From: an uncultured delta proteobacterium
Lineage (GTDB): Bacteria; Myxococcota_A; Polyangia; Polyangiales; Polyangiaceae
Reading direction: 5' to 3'
Length of the DNA stretch: 64,000 nucleotides
Assembly: GCA_963716725.1 (NCBI GenBank)
Contig: CAVQUB010000017.1
Location: 1-64,000, forward strand
Part shown: positions 60,022 through 64,000 of the stretch, piece after piece
Position numbering within the stretch: position 1 is the first letter of the stretch
How the letters are laid out: every line of letters begins with the position of its first letter
The notes under the pieces: model-generated
The model's database searches: none
What the model was told of the DNA's origin: nothing
The model's input: only the letters and a program-made list of their open reading frames with translations
Made by a program: the position numbers and the translations under genes

Positions 60022-60834
60022 ATGGCAGTGACCGCCCCGTCCAGTGAGCGGGGTTTTGGCGGCTGGCTGGTGGCCGGTTGGGACCGCGGCAGCCTGATCG
60101 CCCTTGGGCTCCTGGTCAGTGTCGGGGCCGTGGTGGGCTATCGCTGGAGCGATCTCATCGACTCCAGCGGTGGCATGGACCTTCTGCTCACCGGCACCTG
60201 GTTGTGGATGGCCGCGATGCTCACCTGGCGCGTCTCGCTCCGGCGCGATCTGGTCTTTCTCGCCGTGGGCCTGGTAGGAGGTGGCGTCATCGAGTGGTGG
60301 GGGACCCACACGCGGATCTGGACCTACTTCACTCTCGAGCGCCCACCGCTCTGGATCCTTCCGGCCTGGCCCATCGCCACCTTGGCCATCGATCGCATGG
60401 CGCGCATGCTCGATCGCAGCCTGGATCAGGTTGCCGGCGGCCGGCGCGTGCCCTCAACGTGGTTCTGGATCGCCTACTGGGTCTCGGTGCCGTCGTTCGT
60501 GGTGGCGATGATCGCGTTTGCGCGCCACACGGTGGACATCGGTGCAACGCAGGTCGTGATCGCGCTCATGGTTGGGGTCACGCTCGCGTGTCGCGATCCT
60601 CGGCGTGACATCGTGCTCTTCGCCGCGGGCTCGTTCCTCGGCATCTTCCTCGAATACTGGGGAACCAGTCGGGAGTGCTGGACCTACTACACGGGGCAGA
60701 TCCCTCCGCCCATCGCCGCCGTGGCGCACGGCTTCGCGGCCGTTGCATTTGCACGGGGAGCCGACGCACTGAATCGCGCCATCGACTCGGCCCTCGAGCG
60801 GCGCACGCTTGCGGCGCTCAGCGGCAGTTCGTGA
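60022..60834 (+). CDS. Membrane protein with an internal duplication
   Basis: EWWGTHTRIWTY / EYWGTSRECWTY repeats. Confidence 0.72.
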   Translation: MAVTAPSSERGFGGWLVAGWDRGSLIALGLLVSVGAVVGYRWSDLIDSSGGMDLLLTGTWLWMAAMLTWRVSLRRDLVFLAVGLVGGGVIEWWGTHTRIWTYFTLERPPLWILPAWPIATLAIDRMARMLDRSLDQVAGGRRVPSTWFWIAYWVSVPSFVVAMIAFARHTVDIGATQVVIALMVGVTLACRDPRRDIVLFAAGSFLGIFLEYWGTSRECWTYYTGQIPPPIAAVAHGFAAVAFARGADALNRAIDSALERRTLAALSGSS

Positions 60835-61642
60835 AAGCCGCCTCGTAGATCGCCGCTCCGAGCTTCTCGTGGCCTGGGCCGCCGAAGTGGAGCCCATCTC
60901 GGAGCGAGCCTGAGTACTCTTTGCACAGGCGCTCCGGATCACCGCAAGAGAGCAGCGCGTAGGCGTCGATCACGTGGTCGACTTCCTTCTGCTGTGCTCG
61001 GTCGGCGATCCAGGCGTTGAGCTCGCGGGTCGCTGCCCCGCGTTTGTCGTTGTAGTACTTGGTGAAACCGCCCCAGGGCGCCACGGTGAGGGCGACCACC
61101 TTCCAGCCGCGGCCCCGCGACGCCCGGTAGATGGCCGAGAGATCGGCGCTGATCTTGGCTGGAGTCCTGCCGGCGGTCAGATCGCTATAGAGATCGTTGA
61201 CGCCGCCGAAGACCAATACGTGCGTGTACGCGGTGGTGCTCGAGAGCACGTCGCGCTCGAAGCGCCGGCGGATCTGGTTGACCATGTCGCCGCCCTTGCC
61301 AAAGTTGTCGAAGCGGCTCTCCGGGCAGCGCTTGGCCAGGACCTCGAGGTACTTGCCGCCTGCCGACTTGGCATCGGTGAGCGAGTCCCCGAGGGCTGCG
61401 ACCACGACCTTCTCTTTGGCGGCGGGCACGGTCGTGGTTGGCGCGGCGCTTTCCGCGGGCGGCGACGCCGACGCAGCGGGCGCGGGCTCTGTCATCGCGG
61501 TCGCGTTCGGAGCTGGAGTCATCGCGGGCGCTGCCGCGGGCTTGGCGGGGGCGCCGCAGCGCACGAAACCCACCGCGAGGGCGGCAACGGCGGCAGCGGC
61601 GAGGGTAGTCGCCGAGGGTTTCGTGAAGCGCGGGGCCTGCAT
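60818..61642 (-). CDS. SGNH/GDSL hydrolase, exported
   Basis: LGDSLT, GGVND, DGLH. Confidence 0.88.
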   Translation of the reverse strand: MQAPRFTKPSATTLAAAAVAALAVGFVRCGAPAKPAAAPAMTPAPNATAMTEPAPAASASPPAESAAPTTTVPAAKEKVVVAALGDSLTDAKSAGGKYLEVLAKRCPESRFDNFGKGGDMVNQIRRRFERDVLSSTTAYTHVLVFGGVNDLYSDLTAGRTPAKISADLSAIYRASRGRGWKVVALTVAPWGGFTKYYNDKRGAATRELNAWIADRAQQKEVDHVIDAYALLSCGDPERLCKEYSGSLRDGLHFGGPGHEKLGAAIYEAAFTNCR

Positions 61643-61678
61643 TGCTCTCAATCTTCGCCCACCTCTCTGATTTTCGCT

Positions 61679-62395
61679 ATGACGCTCGGCGTGGGTGCCA
61701 TCGAGGTCTACAAGAAGACGCGCAAGCGTCCAGACCTGTTTTGGAACACCTATGTCGCGCGGCCGCCGGCGGCAGCAGTCGTGGCTATCCTAGCCGGCAC
61801 CCGCGTCACCCCCGACCAGGTCACCTTGTTTGCCTTCGTGGTGGCCATGGCCGGCGCCGCCGGCATCATCGCGCTGCCGGGCTACTGGGGCTTTGTCATC
61901 GCCGTCGTCGTCTTCGAGCTGTCCTACGTCCTCGACTGCGTGGACGGCATGCTCGCGCGCTGGCGGGGCACGGCCTCCGCGACCGGACACCTGCTCGACT
62001 TCTTGATGGACGAGATCAAGGCCTTCGCGATCCTCGGCGCGGTGGCGATCCGCTTGTTTCGCGAGCAGGCCGACCCTCGTTGGCTGCTGCTGGGAGTCGG
62101 CGGGCTCGTCGTGCTCGCGACCGGGATCGCGATCACCACCTTTCAGCGCCGCCCGGAGGTCTCGGGCAAGGCCGCGGACGCAAAGGAGCCGCCAGCCAAG
62201 TCACGCAGCCTCGTGGCCAAGCTCGCGAGCGTGCCGCTCGGCGTCGCCAAGTTCCTGGTTCACTACCCGTCGTACATCCTCTACGTCGCGATCGCCGGCC
62301 GCCCCGAGCTCTACCTGATCCCCTACGTTGCGGTGAACGCGCTCTACGCGCTCAAGAGCCTCGCCTGGCTCGCGCTGCGATTCGGGCGCGGCTGA
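61679..62395 (+). CDS. CDP-alcohol phosphatidyltransferase family
   Basis: TPDQVT; LDCVDGMLAR...GHLLDFLMD. Confidence 0.9.
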   Translation: MTLGVGAIEVYKKTRKRPDLFWNTYVARPPAAAVVAILAGTRVTPDQVTLFAFVVAMAGAAGIIALPGYWGFVIAVVVFELSYVLDCVDGMLARWRGTASATGHLLDFLMDEIKAFAILGAVAIRLFREQADPRWLLLGVGGLVVLATGIAITTFQRRPEVSGKAADAKEPPAKSRSLVAKLASVPLGVAKFLVHYPSYILYVAIAGRPELYLIPYVAVNALYALKSLAWLALRFGRG

Positions 62396-62405
62396 TCCGA
62401 CAGCT

Positions 62406-63986
62406 TCAGTGCGGCAGCTCTCGTCCGAGCTCTTCCACGACGCTCTGATCGTGCAGCGTCGCTGGCCGGCCGGGTTTCTTCGCTCGCATGTCCGCAGGCA
62501 GGTACGACAGCTCGCGCACGGATGAGCCGGAGAGCCAGGGCCCTGCGCTCTCGAACGAGACCTGGCTCGGTGCCCGCACGAAGCCGAGGACAAAGCCCCA
62601 GTCCCCGAGGGTCGGGACGGCGGCGTGGTAAGGCACGGGCGCGAGCTCGGCCGCCCGCATCGTCGCGACGATCGAGTCGAAGCTGGTGGGGGCGGTGAAC
62701 GGCGAGACGCCCTGCACCGCGCACAGCCCTTCGGGGGTCAGCCTCGCGCGGAGCCGCCGGTAGAAATGTCGAGTGAAGTTCTTGCCCTCGAGGTGGGTCT
62801 CGGGATCCGGCAGATCCACGATGGCGACGTCGAAGCTGTCGTTGGTCTCGCCTAGCCAGACGATGGGCTCGCGCTCGACGATGTTCACGCGCGAAGATCG
62901 GAGCGCGTCGTGCGAGCGCCGCCGGAGCCAGGTTTGGGCCCTTGCCACGTCGACGACGCCGCGATCCACCACGACCACGGTGAGGGACTCGACCTCGTCG
63001 TGGCGCAAGATTTCGCGCTCCGCCAGGCCGGTCCCGCCCCCGAGCAGCAGCACCCGAGCTCGGCGCGGAGCCATGGCGATGGCCGGATGGACGAGGGCCT
63101 CGAAGTAGCGCCGCTCGTCCAGCGTCGAAGCCTTGAGCCGCCCATCCAGCCACAGCTCGAGGCCCTCCTGCCCCGCGGTGACCGTGACCTTCCCGCGTTC
63201 GCTCTCGTGATGAAAGACCACGGGGTTTGGGTAGCGTCCCAACTCCGAGGTCGGTATCAGCCATTCGCATGCGACGAACGCCCCGAACAGGAAGGTGAAG
63301 ATCCCGAGAGACAGCTGGCGCACGAGTCGACCGCGCGCCATCGAGCGACGCTCGAGGTAGAAGCACAACGTCGGCGACCAGGCCGCGAGCGCCGCCAAGA
63401 CCATGGCGATGGCAACGGCCGAGCGGAGCGGCCCCACCACCGAAGTGATCCCTGCGGCCACCGCGCAGACGATGGCGACGACGAGCAGCCGGAAGGGATG
63501 GGTGAGTCGCCAGGGGACTTCGAGGCGCATCAGTGTGCGCCCCATCGCCCGCACTGCGAGCGTCACGACCGCACCGAGTGCCGCGCAGGTCAGTGTCGCC
63601 GCAGCGAGGCAGGTGGCGAAGGTGGGAAGGCCCCGCGCGAACGCGAAGTACACGGCCGAAGCCGACGCTGCGGTGCAGATCGAGGCGAGCAAGATTGCCC
63701 AGGGCAACGCGGCAAACGCCGCGCGGAAGTTTCGTCTTGCGACCAGGACTCCGACGGCGGCGGCGCCCAGGCCGGTCACTCCGACCAGGCTGGATCCCGG
63801 CGAAGCTTGGGCGCCAACGTAGAGCGTTGGCTGCACCAGCAGCACCTCGTGCGTCGCGCCCGCGAGAGCTGCCAGCGCGAGGACCGCAAAGTAGAACGGC
63901 GGCGCCCCGACGTCCGTCGCCTCGGCGGCGCTCGACCCAGCGTCACTTGCCGCCGGAGTAGACGCCAGATCCGCTTCGGATGCCAC
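62406..63986 (-). CDS. Membrane-fused spermidine-synthase-like protein
   Basis: N-terminal multi-TM; DERRYFEALVHP, LGGGTG, DVAIVDLPDP, VPTLGDWGF; start uncertain near the window edge. Confidence 0.8.
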   Translation of the reverse strand: MASEADLASTPAASDAGSSAAEATDVGAPPFYFAVLALAALAGATHEVLLVQPTLYVGAQASPGSSLVGVTGLGAAAVGVLVARRNFRAAFAALPWAILLASICTAASASAVYFAFARGLPTFATCLAAATLTCAALGAVVTLAVRAMGRTLMRLEVPWRLTHPFRLLVVAIVCAVAAGITSVVGPLRSAVAIAMVLAALAAWSPTLCFYLERRSMARGRLVRQLSLGIFTFLFGAFVACEWLIPTSELGRYPNPVVFHHESERGKVTVTAGQEGLELWLDGRLKASTLDERRYFEALVHPAIAMAPRRARVLLLGGGTGLAEREILRHDEVESLTVVVVDRGVVDVARAQTWLRRRSHDALRSSRVNIVEREPIVWLGETNDSFDVAIVDLPDPETHLEGKNFTRHFYRRLRARLTPEGLCAVQGVSPFTAPTSFDSIVATMRAAELAPVPYHAAVPTLGDWGFVLGFVRAPSQVSFESAGPWLSGSSVRELSYLPADMRAKKPGRPATLHDQSVVEELGRELPH

Positions 63987-64000
63987 TGCCGGTGCCGCTC

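Overview
Very GC-rich bacterial chromosome segment, most consistent with Myxococcota (Polyangiales-like). This assignment rests on an MglA GTPase, a MYXO-CTERM tail, a zinc-ribbon Ser/Thr kinase and many Gly/Ser-linker, Cys-rich lipoproteins. The first ~1.9 kb is the end of an integrative element (HTH gene, excisionase, tyrosine integrase) that abuts the 3' end of the tmRNA gene ssrA (1878-2224, minus strand; tag peptide ANDNAIALAA). The rest is dense chromosome with housekeeping genes (purE, purK, cysK, ndh, panE-like, pgpA, ABC-F) and many envelope proteins. Leading candidates for undescribed biology are: (1) a coupled operon of two arrestin/SpoOM-fold-like proteins, a small AAA-type ATPase, a TerB-like protein and an MglA paralogue with no mglB; (2) a lipoprotein animal-type protein-arginine deiminase coupled to a secreted HEAT-repeat protein; (3) an amidinotransferase-superfamily enzyme with altered substrate residues plus an unknown partner; (4) a membrane PEP-utiliser-like protein lacking its phospho-His, coupled to a membrane/FGE-like protein; (5) a MYXO-CTERM pentaheme cytochrome split by a 1-nt frameshift. 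All family assignments come from motif recognition by eye; no database searches were run.
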